Source: Candidatus Woykebacteria bacterium RIFCSPLOWO2_01_FULL_43_14 (lineage in GTDB: Bacteria > Patescibacteriota > Microgenomatia > Woykebacterales > 2-01-FULL-43-14). From it: a stretch of 46,988 bases of DNA. A program made the position numbers and the translations under genes. Shown here one piece after another: positions 1 to 9,794 of this stretch. The notes beneath the pieces were generated by a model that was not told the DNA's origin, did not search any database, and was given only the letters and a program-made list of their open reading frames with translations. Location: assembly GCA_001816835.1 (NCBI GenBank), contig MHDB01000026.1, positions 10,312 through 57,299 on the forward strand. The letters are read 5' to 3'. Position 1 is the first letter of the stretch. The number at the start of each line of letters is the position of its first letter.

Positions 1-1216
1 TAAAAGTAATAAAACTTAACGTTAGTATTAGCAACACTGATCTTAGGTTGAATGAGGTAACGATCTTTAGTAAACCTGATACTGCGAGCATATTAAGGAC
101 TGGAATAAACATGGCGTAGTAGCGCGACTCGTAATGCCAATAGGTACCCATGAGTAGGGTCATGATAGAAATTAAACAAATGATGGGAAGGAAGAAATAC
201 TTACGTTTGTCTTGGATTTTATAAATCTCAATAAGACTGAAGATGATGACGGTGTAGGGTACTAATAAGTCTTTGTAGATGAAGGTATCCACGCTGTAAC
301 GGAAGTAGGAGAAGTTTACCTTCAGAAAATCCAGTAAACCATAGTTAAGCCAAGTACTTAAGTTGGGAGGGTTATCGTAATAGATCCTAAAGATGTTTTC
401 ATAAGGGAAATATTTTATCAGATACCCTAAGTAATGTTCTGTAGGTAAAAGAAAAGTTCCGAATAAGATAAAATTTCGGATAAAAAACCCACCACTAATG
501 AGTAAGGTTGAGGCTATGAATATCAAACCTGGTGTTACGAATCTGGGGATGTTTCTCCGATAATAAAAGAAAAGAATTAGAAAATAGACAAAGGGAAAAA
601 GAGCGCCCATTGGTTTTTGGAGGATTGCTAAGCCCGAAAGTATCCCGAGCCCAACCATTAGCTTAAGGGATAGCTTACCTTCCTGGGCTGACAAGATAGC
701 GCGATAACCTAAGTAGAAAATAATTAAGGAAAGTAGTGCGAGAAAAATGTCGCTAGTAATCCAGGTGGTCGAGTAGACGATTAGGCTTGAATTAAGTCCA
801 GTAAGGATGCTAGCAACTAGGGCAACCTTTTTGTTAAAGAGTTTTTGACCAAAGAAATAAGTGAGGGCTACCAAAGCCGTCAAAAAGATAGCGTTTGGAA
901 GACGAGCGGCAAATGGGGTAATACCCAAGAAGAAAAAAGAAATTGCTAGAAAGACGGGTTGCAAAATTGGCCACATGTCCTCGGGATGAGTGAGCGTGTT
1001 GTAGTTAATGTAGTGGAAAGCGAGGTAGTCGACACTAAAGCCTTTACCTGATAGAAGATTTCTGGCTACATTAGCGTAGTTGGCGTAATCGCCTCTTCCT
1101 ATGAAAGAATAAGTTGAGTTAATATAGACTAATAGCCCGAAGTACAGGAGCAAAAATAAACCGAGGGTGTATTTTTGGTTTAGAGCTTTAGTAAGTTTCT
1201 TGAGTGAATTGAACAT
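1..1216 (-). CDS. GT-C fold membrane glycosyltransferase, ArnT/PMT_2-like (GT39/83-like); C-terminus runs off the window
   Basis: Absent from the ORF track because it is open to the window edge. My minus-strand translation from ATG (complement 1214-1216) reads MFNSLKKLTKALNQKYTLGLFLLLYFGLLVYINSTYSFIGRGDYANYANVARNLLSGKGFSVDY... It is polytopic and hydrophobic throughout, with the first-loop D..Y..A..L..GKG pattern typical of PMT_2/ArnT-like enzymes. Confidence 0.6.
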   Translation of the reverse strand, partial: MFNSLKKLTKALNQKYTLGLFLLLYFGLLVYINSTYSFIGRGDYANYANVARNLLSGKGFSVDYLAFHYINYNTLTHPEDMWPILQPVFLAISFFFLGITPFAARLPNAIFLTALVALTYFFGQKLFNKKVALVASILTGLNSSLIVYSTTWITSDIFLALLSLIIFYLGYRAILSAQEGKLSLKLMVGLGILSGLAILQKPMGALFPFVYFLILFFYYRRNIPRFVTPGLIFIASTLLISGGFFIRNFILFGTFLLPTEHYLGYLIKYFPYENIFRIYYDNPPNLSTWLNYGLLDFLKVNFSYFRYSVDTFIYKDLLVPYTVIIFSLIEIYKIQDKRKYFFLPIICLISIMTLLMGTYWHYESRYYAMFIPVLNMLAVSGLLKIVTSFNLRSVLLILTLSFITF

Positions 1217-1913
1217 GATAAATAAAGATCACCAAAGTAAGCAACTGAAATATTTTAACATCTACCAACCCCACCTGTACACTGATTTGAATAATTATAA
1301 CTTAAAGCTTGCGAGTAGGGTTAAAAACTCCATCCAACTAAGTCCGGGTCAAAAGATTTTAGAAGTAGGCGCTGGGGCAGGTAGGTTTAGCCTTCCCCTA
1401 AAGTCCTTGGGCGTTGAAGTAGAGGCTTTGGATTTTTCTGAAGTGTTGCTCGATGAGTTAAAAAAGAAAGACCCCCAGATAAAAGTTATCAGATCCGATA
1501 TTGATGAATTAGACGACAAGGATAAATACGACACGGTGGTTGGTTTTTATGTTTTGCACCACTTGGAAAACTTAGAAAAAAGTCTTGCAAGTATGTTTCG
1601 AGTCCTTAAAAATGGTGGTGAAATATGTTTTGTCGAACCAAATCCTAACAACCTTTTATACTATATTCAACCGTTTGTTTCCAAGAATATGAGTTGGAAT
1701 GAAGAAAAAGGTTTCTTGAAAATGCGCTCTGATTATTTAAAAACTGAATTTGAAAAAGCAGGTTTTACCGATTTTAAGATAACTAAATTTGGTTTCTTCC
1801 CACCCTTTGTGGTTAACACGTCATTGGGTCTGAGATTGGATAACTTATTAGAAAAATTTCCTCCATTTAAGCCGTTTCTTCCATTCCTCCTAATCCGAGC
1901 GGGCAAAGGCTGA
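1215..1913 (+). CDS. class I SAM-dependent methyltransferase
   Basis: Motif I ILEVGAGAGRFS, followed by an acidic EALDFS and a VLHHLEN post-motif. ATG at 1215 (MINKDHQ...) is preferred over the track's GTG at 1167, which lies inside the divergent gene. The two start codons overlap as CATG. Confidence 0.8.
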   Translation: MINKDHQSKQLKYFNIYQPHLYTDLNNYNLKLASRVKNSIQLSPGQKILEVGAGAGRFSLPLKSLGVEVEALDFSEVLLDELKKKDPQIKVIRSDIDELDDKDKYDTVVGFYVLHHLENLEKSLASMFRVLKNGGEICFVEPNPNNLLYYIQPFVSKNMSWNEEKGFLKMRSDYLKTEFEKAGFTDFKITKFGFFPPFVVNTSLGLRLDNLLEKFPPFKPFLPFLLIRAGKG

Positions 1914-1928
1914 TTCGAAAATAGTCTG

Positions 1929-1941
1929 CACACCAGGTGTG
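1929..1941. repeat. 13-nt palindrome CACACC-A-GGTGTG between convergent genes
   Basis: Read directly from the sequence. The same 13-mer recurs at 18346-18358, and the RAYT-flanking palindromes share the architecture CAC-N-CCNGG-N-GTG. Confidence 0.6.
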
Positions 1942-1946
1942 GGTAA

Positions 1947-3425
1947 TCATTTTCTTTTCAAAACGACAGTAGCATCCTTGTCAAAAACTACTTCATACCC
2001 TGGTAGACTTTTGACGTAAGTTAAGACCTCATCAAACTTCCCACTCGCTGGTCTCCAGTGAAAAGCGTTTTTGGATAAAATTATGTAGTCCACATCCGGG
2101 ACAGCGTAGTCTTGTATTGGGTCACTATCTTGTAGGTCTCCTCGGGGCTCATTGACCGCGAAAGAAGGATGGGGGTACATATAAATCTTTTTTCTCAAAG
2201 CTAAATGGGGCAGGAGTCCAGATTGAGTAGCCACGGAGATATTTGGGTCTGACGGAATCAGCGCTAAGGCTTGGTTGATGGTGACAACTCCAGCGGAAGT
2301 TTGATAAAAATTTGGAGTCAAAAGTTTGTAAAGGGGCATTTGATAATAAACACCGATCAGTATAGATACTAGGATAGTTAAAGATAGATAAAAACGGTAG
2401 AAATAGATCTTATTGGCAACAAACCGTTTCGCGATCTTTATTTTTTCAGCTAATTTAACTAGGTTTTCTAACCCCAAGACTTCTCCAAAACCCAAAATTG
2501 GTCCCTGATTGGCCGAGTAATGCATCCAGGGAGCCCATCTTTGAGTGACTGGGGAAGTAAATCTCGCCAATAAAAATGGAGCTACTATAAATAGGTAAGA
2601 GAGAGAAAGTAATGGCAGAAGTCCGAAGGAGCTAAAAAGTGAAGTAAGGGTTTTGGTTTTCTCAATTGGGATAAAGAAATCTTTGATCAAACCAATAGGA
2701 TTTAGAAATTTAGAATTTTGCGATTCTACGAGATAGGTGTAGGGCTGACCGTGTAAAAAGAAAGGCATGATCTGATAAATTACTAGGTAGAAATAAACAA
2801 GTGAGACCGCTGCGGTGATCAGACCTATCTTCCTATCCTTTCTCATAAAGAATAGATAAAGACCCAAGGCGAAAGTGAAAGTCGGGACATCCTCTTTGGA
2901 AAAAAGTGCGGCTACTAGAAAAATAAAATAGGGCAACCATTTTCTTTTATATGCAAACCAGAGGGTAAAGGAGATAAAGACACTACTGAGCGTTGCCCCA
3001 TGAAAAGGAAAAATGGCGGCGGACTGGAAGCCGTAAAAAAGTAAGTAACCACTGACTAGCAGGAGAGCGCTCAAGGTGTCTTTTAACCTTTCCTTGGCAA
3101 ACCAGTAGAGGGGTAGAGCACTCAAGACTACTGCGGTTGTCTGAACAATGATTAGCACCGAAGCCGAGCTCCAGATTTTGTAAAGTAGTGATATCCAAAA
3201 AAAATGGACTATAAAATGATCGCCGAAGATGTTGAAGGCCTTAAAAGTGTTCCCGTAACCAAAAATATCACCTTGAGAAAGATACCAGACGTGTTGGGCG
3301 TAAATTGCCAGATCAGCGTCCGTGGTGTTGAATTGGTAATGAAGAGTCAAGGAAAGGAAAAGATAGACAAATAAAAAAAGCCCTAAGACTATATAGATCG
3401 GGTTTTTCCCAAGGTAGGTTAACAT
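1947..3425 (-). CDS. DUF2079-family polytopic membrane protein (predicted GT-C-like)
   Basis: 492 aa and multi-TM. Motifs FGDHFIVHFFW, FPFHG and SKEDVP parallel LGDHFHPI, DFHE and VKEDMP in the clear DUF2079 paralog at 23207-24724. It has a soluble C-terminal tail. Confidence 0.65.
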   Translation of the reverse strand: MLTYLGKNPIYIVLGLFLFVYLFLSLTLHYQFNTTDADLAIYAQHVWYLSQGDIFGYGNTFKAFNIFGDHFIVHFFWISLLYKIWSSASVLIIVQTTAVVLSALPLYWFAKERLKDTLSALLLVSGYLLFYGFQSAAIFPFHGATLSSVFISFTLWFAYKRKWLPYFIFLVAALFSKEDVPTFTFALGLYLFFMRKDRKIGLITAAVSLVYFYLVIYQIMPFFLHGQPYTYLVESQNSKFLNPIGLIKDFFIPIEKTKTLTSLFSSFGLLPLLSLSYLFIVAPFLLARFTSPVTQRWAPWMHYSANQGPILGFGEVLGLENLVKLAEKIKIAKRFVANKIYFYRFYLSLTILVSILIGVYYQMPLYKLLTPNFYQTSAGVVTINQALALIPSDPNISVATQSGLLPHLALRKKIYMYPHPSFAVNEPRGDLQDSDPIQDYAVPDVDYIILSKNAFHWRPASGKFDEVLTYVKSLPGYEVVFDKDATVVLKRK

Positions 3426-3431
3426 TAATTG

Positions 3432-3437
3432 TATGAT
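3432..3437 (+). promoter_or_regulatory. -10-like TATGAT 11 nt upstream of the ATG of 3449-5392
   Basis: Read from the sequence. It overlaps the opposite-strand -10 within a 23-bp divergent intergenic region. Confidence 0.3.
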
Positions 3438-3441
3438 AACA
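3433..3441 (-). promoter_or_regulatory. extended -10 (TGT-TATCAT) 7 nt upstream of the ATG of 1947-3425
   Basis: The reverse complement of 3433-3441 is TGTTATCAT. The spacer is ACAATTA, followed by ATG, with no SD between them. Confidence 0.4.
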
Positions 3442-3448
3442 TAAAAAT

Positions 3449-5392
3449 ATGCCCCTTCTTAGAAAGATTTTATCCTTGAAATTTTACCTTTTACTAGCTT
3501 TACTAGTAGTGGTCTTTTATTGGCCTTTGATTGCTAACTTTAACTCTCTTACTTTTGGAAAAGACTTGGCTAGTAATTGGATGTTTGCTTTTTACACCAA
3601 ATATAATTTTTGGGAGTATGGTCAGTATGCTTTGTGGAACCATCAGTTTTTAAGTGGTTTTCCGATGGACACTAGCAACTTAGCTGCGATTTTTTATCCC
3701 CCGCATTGGCTTTTTATCTTTTTACCATTAAAGCTTTCTTTCAATCTCCTAACCTTAGCCCATGTCTATCTAATTGGGGTGGGAGTGTTTATCTTGTGTA
3801 AGTCAGAGTTTCGCCTATCTAACAAAAGTGCGTTCTTTGCCGCCATTTCGGTTATGCTCTCGCCAAAAATCTTCAATCATAATGACTTGGGGCATTTTAA
3901 TCTAGTTGAATCAATTCCGTGGGTAATCCTTAGCCTTATGTTTTTCCTAAAAGCAATTCGTACTAATAAACTTTACTTTGCTTTGGTTAGCGGCGTATTT
4001 CTGTCACTTTCCATCTTGGTTTTTTCCATTTTCTATATCTATGCCCTTTTTTGTTTGGGCTTTGCCACGCTTGTTATAACGTCCACAAGACTGCTCAACA
4101 AAGAAAAATTTTGGGTTCCTATAGTACATCTAATTACCAGTGTAGTGTTCTCATTAGGATTAAGTGGGGTCTTTCTCCTGCCATTTTTGCAGTTTTCCTC
4201 GCTTTCTCTTCGCTCGAAATTAGGTTTTTGGGAAGGCGCTTTTCCGTCTATCTACAAAGATACTCTCGCTCAGCTGTTTTACCTCTTTCCCCATAAATAT
4301 CATGACTCCGAGACACTTATCTATATTGGGGTATTTGTTTTGGGGTTAGCTCTAGTTGGGCTTTGGAGCTTCAGAAAGAGAAAAGAAGTTTGGATACTGG
4401 GGTTGATCGCAATGTTCTCGTTAAGTGTTTCGTTTGGCGCGAATGAAATTTTTTACAAAATATACTATGTGCTTCTCTCTGTATTTCATTTCATGCGTGC
4501 CCCTTTGAGAATCTGGATTTTGTTTATTATCAGTATGGGGATTTTGAGTGGTTTTGGAATGGAATATTTAACAACCCGATTTTCTCGACTTAAGAATTAT
4601 CTATTTGTGGGACTGACAGTATTGACGCTGATTACTTTTGTGATCTATGCCAAAGATTATTTTCACTTAGTTGATTACGATAAAGAAGAATCAAGACTTT
4701 TAGATATCATTCCTAATGATGGGAATCGCGTCTATTGTTTGAACAATTGTTTGTTTACACCAGAAGTAATGAAAAAAGGTTACCAGTTGGCCAGTGGTGG
4801 GGAAGTGGTTATGCTTAAGAATTATTATGATTACGTAAGGGCAGCGGGGGGTTATAAGTTTGACGGGTACTCCCTTTCCGTTCCGCCGTATCAAATATTT
4901 GGTGAAGAGAGTATCTATTTTGAAAAACAAAGCCCAAATCCAGAACTTTTGGGCAAGCTAAATATTAAATACGTTGTCGCCCCTTATGAGTTAATAAACC
5001 CTGGTTTAAAACAAATAGGATTGGAAGGTAGATATTTCGTGTACGAGAATTTGGCGGTTTTACCAAGATCTTACCTTGAAAATTCCTTAACACCCCTAAT
5101 CATCAAAAAATATACTCCTAACGAAGTGACTGTTAGCTTAACAGTGGGGCAAGATGAGAGGTTAGTATTAGCAGATTTGTATTATCCAGGATGGAAAGTT
5201 TTTGATAATGGACTGAGGAAAGAAATTGAGGCAAAGGATAACGTTGTTAGAGCGGTTAATCTAGAAAAGGGTACTCATGAAGTCACTTTCCGATACGAAT
5301 CTGATTTAGGCAAAATAGGATTATTGCTAAGTTTGTTAAGTCTTGTCTTTTTTCTAGGTGTGAGTTATAGAAGATTGAAGTTACGCTTCTAG
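3449..5392 (+). CDS. YfhO-family GT-C membrane glycosyltransferase
   Basis: 647 aa and polytopic. The N-terminus has [19 protein letters not shown]. The C-terminus has [13 protein letters not shown]...[14 protein letters not shown] followed by a final TM, which is the characteristic YfhO family tail. Confidence 0.7.
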   Translation: MPLLRKILSLKFYLLLALLVVVFYWPLIANFNSLTFGKDLASNWMFAFYTKYNFWEYGQYALWNHQFLSGFPMDTSNLAAIFYPPHWLFIFLPLKLSFNLLTLAHVYLIGVGVFILCKSEFRLSNKSAFFAAISVMLSPKIFNHNDLGHFNLVESIPWVILSLMFFLKAIRTNKLYFALVSGVFLSLSILVFSIFYIYALFCLGFATLVITSTRLLNKEKFWVPIVHLITSVVFSLGLSGVFLLPFLQFSSLSLRSKLGFWEGAFPSIYKDTLAQLFYLFPHKYHDSETLIYIGVFVLGLALVGLWSFRKRKEVWILGLIAMFSLSVSFGANEIFYKIYYVLLSVFHFMRAPLRIWILFIISMGILSGFGMEYLTTRFSRLKNYLFVGLTVLTLITFVIYAKDYFHLVDYDKEESRLLDIIPNDGNRVYCLNNCLFTPEVMKKGYQLASGGEVVMLKNYYDYVRAAGGYKFDGYSLSVPPYQIFGEESIYFEKQSPNPELLGKLNIKYVVAPYELINPGLKQIGLEGRYFVYENLAVLPRSYLENSLTPLIIKKYTPNEVTVSLTVGQDERLVLADLYYPGWKVFDNGLRKEIEAKDNVVRAVNLEKGTHEVTFRYESDLGKIGLLLSLLSLVFFLGVSYRRLKLRF

Positions 5393-6337
5393 GGCTAGGT
5401 CAGCATCAACCATCATTTTGACTAACTCTTCGAAGGTGACGGAAGGTGTCCAACCAAGTTTCTTTTTTGCCTTTGAAGAGTCTCCAACCAACAGGTCTAC
5501 CTCAGCCGGCCGGAAAAATCTTGGGTCGACTTTTACGTAGTCTTTGTAATCTAGACCGACATGCCCGAAAGCGAGCTCACAAAATTCCTTGACACTATGT
5601 GTCTTCCCAGTGGCTATGACATAGTCATCTGGTTTATCTTCTTGGAGCATTAGGTGCATCGCCTTAACGTAGTCTCCGGCGTAACCCCAGTCTCTCTTGG
5701 CTTCTAGATTACCTAGAGACAAATCGTTGACCTTTCCCAGTTTGATTTTGGCGATGGTATTAGTAATTTTCCGAGTTACGAATTCAAGCCCTCGGCGAGG
5801 AGATTCGTGATTAAAAAGAATACCGTTGCAGGCAAACATTTCATAACTCTCTCTGTAATTGACAGTCATGTAGTGTCCATAAGCCTTGGCACTGCCGTAA
5901 GGCGAACGAGGATGGAAAGGTGTCTCCTCAGTTTGGGGAACTTCTCTGACTTTGCCAAACATTTCTGAAGAAGATGCTTGATAGAACTTGATCTTTTTGT
6001 TTACCAGCTTAATTGCTTCAAGTAATCTGACAACCCCGAGTCCAGTAATTTCACCAACATTTACGGGTTGGTTCCAAGATAATGCCACGAAACTGATGGC
6101 GCCTAGGTTATATACTTCGTGAGGCTGAGTTACTTCCAGAGCGGCGACTAGAGATGATTGATCGAGCAGATCGCCTTCGATGAGATCAATGAAAGGAAAG
6201 TTTTGTTTGATTTTTTCAATCTTGGGATTATTTTGCCCGCGAACTAGTCCGTAAACCTTATAATTAAGAGAGTTTAAATGCTCGGCCAGGTACTGACCGT
6301 CTTGACCAGTAATGCCTGTAATCAATGCTGTTCTCAT
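5381..6337 (-). CDS. gmd: GDP-mannose 4,6-dehydratase
   Basis: [21 protein letters not shown]..., [19 protein letters not shown] and NHESPRRG are the canonical Gmd SDR motifs. Confidence 0.92.
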   Translation of the reverse strand: MRTALITGITGQDGQYLAEHLNSLNYKVYGLVRGQNNPKIEKIKQNFPFIDLIEGDLLDQSSLVAALEVTQPHEVYNLGAISFVALSWNQPVNVGEITGLGVVRLLEAIKLVNKKIKFYQASSSEMFGKVREVPQTEETPFHPRSPYGSAKAYGHYMTVNYRESYEMFACNGILFNHESPRRGLEFVTRKITNTIAKIKLGKVNDLSLGNLEAKRDWGYAGDYVKAMHLMLQEDKPDDYVIATGKTHSVKEFCELAFGHVGLDYKDYVKVDPRFFRPAEVDLLVGDSSKAKKKLGWTPSVTFEELVKMMVDADLALEA

Positions 6338-6343
6338 TACATA

Positions 6344-6352
6344 AGTCTAACA
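6344..6352 (-). promoter_or_regulatory. extended -10 (TGT-TAGACT) 6 nt upstream of the gmd ATG
   Basis: The reverse complement of 6344-6352 is TGTTAGACT. The spacer is TATGTA, followed by ATG. Confidence 0.4.
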
Positions 6353-6407
6353 TAGAAATTATTCTTTCGTCAAAAGGTTCTCGTAATCAGGGATTATGGC
6401 TCAGATT

Positions 6408-6416
6408 TGGTATACT
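6408..6416 (+). promoter_or_regulatory. extended -10 (TGG-TATACT) 10 nt upstream of ATG 6427
   Basis: Read from the sequence. It supports 6427 rather than 6325 as the true start. Confidence 0.4.
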
Positions 6417-6426
6417 TAGTTCGCTA

Positions 6427-7962
6427 ATGGTAAACTTAATTCGAAAAAACCCTACTGCAAGTTGCCTCTGTTTACTTCTTGTCTTTTCTCTTTGGAAGGT
6501 TATAAATACAAACGCAGGGATTGTTTCCCTTGAGCCTGACGAAGCAAACCATATTGAGGTAGTCCGTTCTCTTAGGGAATCTTTTATCCCAAGATATTTC
6601 GGTATCCCTTTTTTCTACGGACCGCCACTTTTTATGTATCTTAGTCTCCTAGTCTCTTTTTTCACCAGGGATGACTTTTTATCCGTTAGGCTAGTCTCAC
6701 TTCTTATGGCGACCCTTACATCGGTGGTTATTTTTTTCTATCTAAGGGAAAAAGTTAATACTATCGTTGGGTTAATAGGCGGTGCTTTTTATAGCTTAGC
6801 CCCATTGATTGTTTTTTATTCTCGGGTCGGACTGATCGAAACAACGCTTGGTTTTTTCAGCTTTTTGTTTTTCTACCTTTATGAAAAAGCAATAAACCAA
6901 AAGAGATATAGTTTGTTTTTGTTAGCTGGTGTCACTTTAGGTTTGGCTCTCCTAACTAAACTGACGGCTTTGGTTTTATTTCTTATCCCAGGGTTGTATA
7001 TACTGCTAAAACTTATTATGGTCTTTAGGAAAAAGGAGCCCTTAGATGCCCACGTTTTCCTCGGGACAATTTTAACGGGTTTAATTGCTGGTAGCATTGT
7101 TTTGCCTATACTTAGTTTTTATTACTTCTCTGAGAGCGTTTTTTTCAAAGAACAGGTCAAATATATTCTAAGCTACGGACCTAAAGCCGTCTCACTTGGG
7201 GAGATTGTTTTGGGTAGCGAAAAGTTTGTACGGATGTACTCTTGGGGAACACTACTATTCCTCCCGTTTGGTTTGGTGAGTGTAGCAAAAAACAAAAAGT
7301 TTCTTTTATTCAACCTAAGCTTTTTAAGTTTGCTTTTTGTCTTGCTGCGTAACCCTTTGTCAGTCGAAACTCTTCGATACTATGTTTTCTTCACCCCCTT
7401 TTTGTCGATTCCTTTAGCAGTAGGGGTGTGGCATGCTCTGAGGTTTGTGAGGTATAGACCTTTAATGTTAGTTATTTTTATCTCACTGCTGTTACCTTTT
7501 AGCGCCAAGGCTTTTCTTGGTTCAACTCATAGTGCAATCAAAGACACCGCACTATACTTGAAAGAAACTGCCCAGGATAAGTGGATTTATTATAATTATT
7601 GGCCGACCACCTTTGTTGTTTATACTGCTAACTTTAAAGGAACTTGGCTTAGTGGGAATAAGTTTGATACAGCGGCTTTCGCTGGTGGCGTGGGTAGCAA
7701 GTTCGAAAAAATAGACCAGCCTTCTTTAGCCACTCTAAAGAGTGATGGGGGTATCGTTGTCCTCCGGGACCCGTTTATTTTCGGAGAAAAATTTGGCCGA
7801 AAGGCTCTGGGGGAGATTATTAGCCAAAAAAGTGTAAAATTAGCTGAGTTTACCGACACAACGGCTTACTACCCACACCTTTTGGCAGGGGAACGTTTTA
7901 GTGTTTATCAAGTGACTCCTAACGATCTTGAAGGAGTGAACGAAACTGATTATGTTGAATAA
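6427..7962 (+). CDS. ArnT/PMT_2-like GT-C membrane glycosyltransferase (paralog of 11019-12596)
   Basis: Motifs EPDEANHIEVVRSL, FYSRVGLIETT and LLTKLTALVLFLIP align with EPDTVTHIEIVNNF, FYSRMGLIEMT and ILTKYTALIFCLVP in the paralog. The start is trimmed to ATG 6427 (MVNLIRKNP) because the track start at 6325 overlaps gmd. Confidence 0.7.
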   Translation: MVNLIRKNPTASCLCLLLVFSLWKVINTNAGIVSLEPDEANHIEVVRSLRESFIPRYFGIPFFYGPPLFMYLSLLVSFFTRDDFLSVRLVSLLMATLTSVVIFFYLREKVNTIVGLIGGAFYSLAPLIVFYSRVGLIETTLGFFSFLFFYLYEKAINQKRYSLFLLAGVTLGLALLTKLTALVLFLIPGLYILLKLIMVFRKKEPLDAHVFLGTILTGLIAGSIVLPILSFYYFSESVFFKEQVKYILSYGPKAVSLGEIVLGSEKFVRMYSWGTLLFLPFGLVSVAKNKKFLLFNLSFLSLLFVLLRNPLSVETLRYYVFFTPFLSIPLAVGVWHALRFVRYRPLMLVIFISLLLPFSAKAFLGSTHSAIKDTALYLKETAQDKWIYYNYWPTTFVVYTANFKGTWLSGNKFDTAAFAGGVGSKFEKIDQPSLATLKSDGGIVVLRDPFIFGEKFGRKALGEIISQKSVKLAEFTDTTAYYPHLLAGERFSVYQVTPNDLEGVNETDYVE

Positions 7963-9067
7963 AATACTTTTTGTGATAGGAACCAGGCCAGAAGCAATTA
8001 AAATGGCTCCGGTTATCAACGCGTTCAAACGTTATCCCAAGGTCGATAGGAAAGTCTTGATAAGTGGTCAGCATGAAGATCTTGTCAAGGATGTGCTAAA
8101 ACTTTTTGATATCCCTTTTGACCATGATTTGAAGATAATGGTGCCTAATCAAAGTTTAACTCAATCTTTTTCAAAAATAGTTCTGGGTTTGGATGAGTAT
8201 TTAAAATCAGAAGGCCGTCCTGACTTAATCTTGGTGCATGGCGATACCCTCACTGCCCTGGGAGCATCTTTAGTCAGCTTTTTTAATCAGACTACTCTAG
8301 GCCACGTTGAAGCTGGATTGCGTACTTATGTCAAATACGACCCTTTCCCAGAGGAAATTAGTCGATGTCTGATAGACTCAATTAGTGATTTCCATTTTGC
8401 TCCGACTGAGAGAGCTTACGACAATCTCATTAAAGAGGGGAAAAATCCTGATAGGATAGTAGTTACCGGGAACAGTGTCATTGATGCCTTGCTCTATGTT
8501 TCTAGAAAAGACCTACCGTTTGAGAATAAGGCACTTGAAAAAGTTGACTATTCCAAAAAGTTGATTTTGGTTACTACACACCGAAGAGAGAGCTTCGGTA
8601 CAACTCTTGAAGGGATACACCAAGCTATTTCACAAATAGTCCAAAATTTTGACGTCGAGGTGGTATTTCCGGTTCATCCCAATCCTAATGTGAGAAAGTC
8701 TGTTGAGAAAAACCTGACCAACTTAAAGGGAGTCCATTTAGTAGAACCTTTGTCATACCGGGATATGGTGGGAGTACTCAAAAAGTCTTATCTTGTGCTA
8801 ACTGATTCAGGGGGTCTTCAAGAAGAAGCTCCTGCTCTCGGTAAACCGGTCTTAGTGCTTCGCAAAACGACTGAGCGGCCTGAAGGAATCGAAGCAGGAA
8901 CAGTGCGTCTTGTTGGAACTAACAAAGAGGATATAATTAGAGAGACAAGGAAGTTATTAGAAGACTCTGTTGCGTATAAAAAAATGTCTCAGGCTGTTAA
9001 TCCCTATGGTGATGGTAGCGCATCAGAAAAAATAGTTGCGTTTGTTTTAAAAAACTATGACAAATAA
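7952..9067 (+). CDS. wecB: UDP-N-acetylglucosamine 2-epimerase (non-hydrolysing)
   Basis: Motifs ILFVIGTRPEAIKMAPV, HVEAGLRT and TDSGGLQEEAPALGKPVLVLRKTTERPEG. Confidence 0.92.
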   Translation: MLNKILFVIGTRPEAIKMAPVINAFKRYPKVDRKVLISGQHEDLVKDVLKLFDIPFDHDLKIMVPNQSLTQSFSKIVLGLDEYLKSEGRPDLILVHGDTLTALGASLVSFFNQTTLGHVEAGLRTYVKYDPFPEEISRCLIDSISDFHFAPTERAYDNLIKEGKNPDRIVVTGNSVIDALLYVSRKDLPFENKALEKVDYSKKLILVTTHRRESFGTTLEGIHQAISQIVQNFDVEVVFPVHPNPNVRKSVEKNLTNLKGVHLVEPLSYRDMVGVLKKSYLVLTDSGGLQEEAPALGKPVLVLRKTTERPEGIEAGTVRLVGTNKEDIIRETRKLLEDSVAYKKMSQAVNPYGDGSASEKIVAFVLKNYDK

Positions 9068-9794
9068 CAAAATTGGTTTAGTCCTTCCCATGTATAACGA
9101 GGAGGGAAATGTCGAGAGCCTGATTGAGGCTTTGTCTATGGTTAGGCAAAATCATTCTTTGGACTTGTTAGCTATCTGCGTGAACGATGGTTCAGCAGAC
9201 GACACCTTAAAGCTGCTACAAGAAGCGTCTACAAAGTATAACTTTGTCCGTTTGGTCAACCATGGGAAAAACAAAGGTTTGGGACAAGCCATAAGAAGTG
9301 GTATTGGCAAAGCCTTGGAACTAAAAGTTGATTTAATCGGTTTTATGGATGGTGACCTGACTCATGACCCGAACGATTTGCCTAAATTTGTAGCTAAGGT
9401 AAATGAAGGTTACGACTTTGTCATTGGGTCACGTTTCATCAAAGGTGGGGGAATGGTGCAAGTACCGCTTTTTCGACAATTATTTAGCATTTTTGGCAAC
9501 CTTGCTGCAAGGTTTATTTTGCGAGTTCCTGTTCGAGATTGTACAACAGGATATCGGGTAATAAAAAGAGAAGTCTTTGAGAAAATTAAGTTGGAGGAAC
9601 CTGGTTTTGGAATACAGTTGGAAGAGGTTGTCAAAGCTTATGCGGCTGGTTTCAAAATAGGAGAAGTACCCATAATACTAGGTAACCGAGTACATGGTAA
9701 ATCGAAAATGTTTTATGGCTATGATCTGGTAAAAAATTACTTAATTCTATTTAGAAAGTCTCTTAAATGGTTAAAAGAAATTGATAAAAAATAA
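9057..9794 (+). CDS. GT2 polyprenol/dolichol-phosphate sugar synthase (DPM1/Ppm1-like)
   Basis: 245 aa and soluble-sized. Motifs LVLPMYNEEGNV, NDGSADDT, MDGDLTHDP and GSRF. Confidence 0.8.
   Translation: MTNNKIGLVLPMYNEEGNVESLIEALSMVRQNHSLDLLAICVNDGSADDTLKLLQEASTKYNFVRLVNHGKNKGLGQAIRSGIGKALELKVDLIGFMDGDLTHDPNDLPKFVAKVNEGYDFVIGSRFIKGGGMVQVPLFRQLFSIFGNLAARFILRVPVRDCTTGYRVIKREVFEKIKLEEPGFGIQLEEVVKAYAAGFKIGEVPIILGNRVHGKSKMFYGYDLVKNYLILFRKSLKWLKEIDKK

Noticed and set aside
6325-6426. The ORF-track N-terminal extension ([22 protein letters not shown]...) of the ArnT-like gene.
   Set aside because: It overlaps the gmd start and runs through the gmd promoter region. The extension is not hydrophobic or signal-like. 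ATG 6427 is preceded by TGGTATACT at the spacing seen for other operon-first genes.
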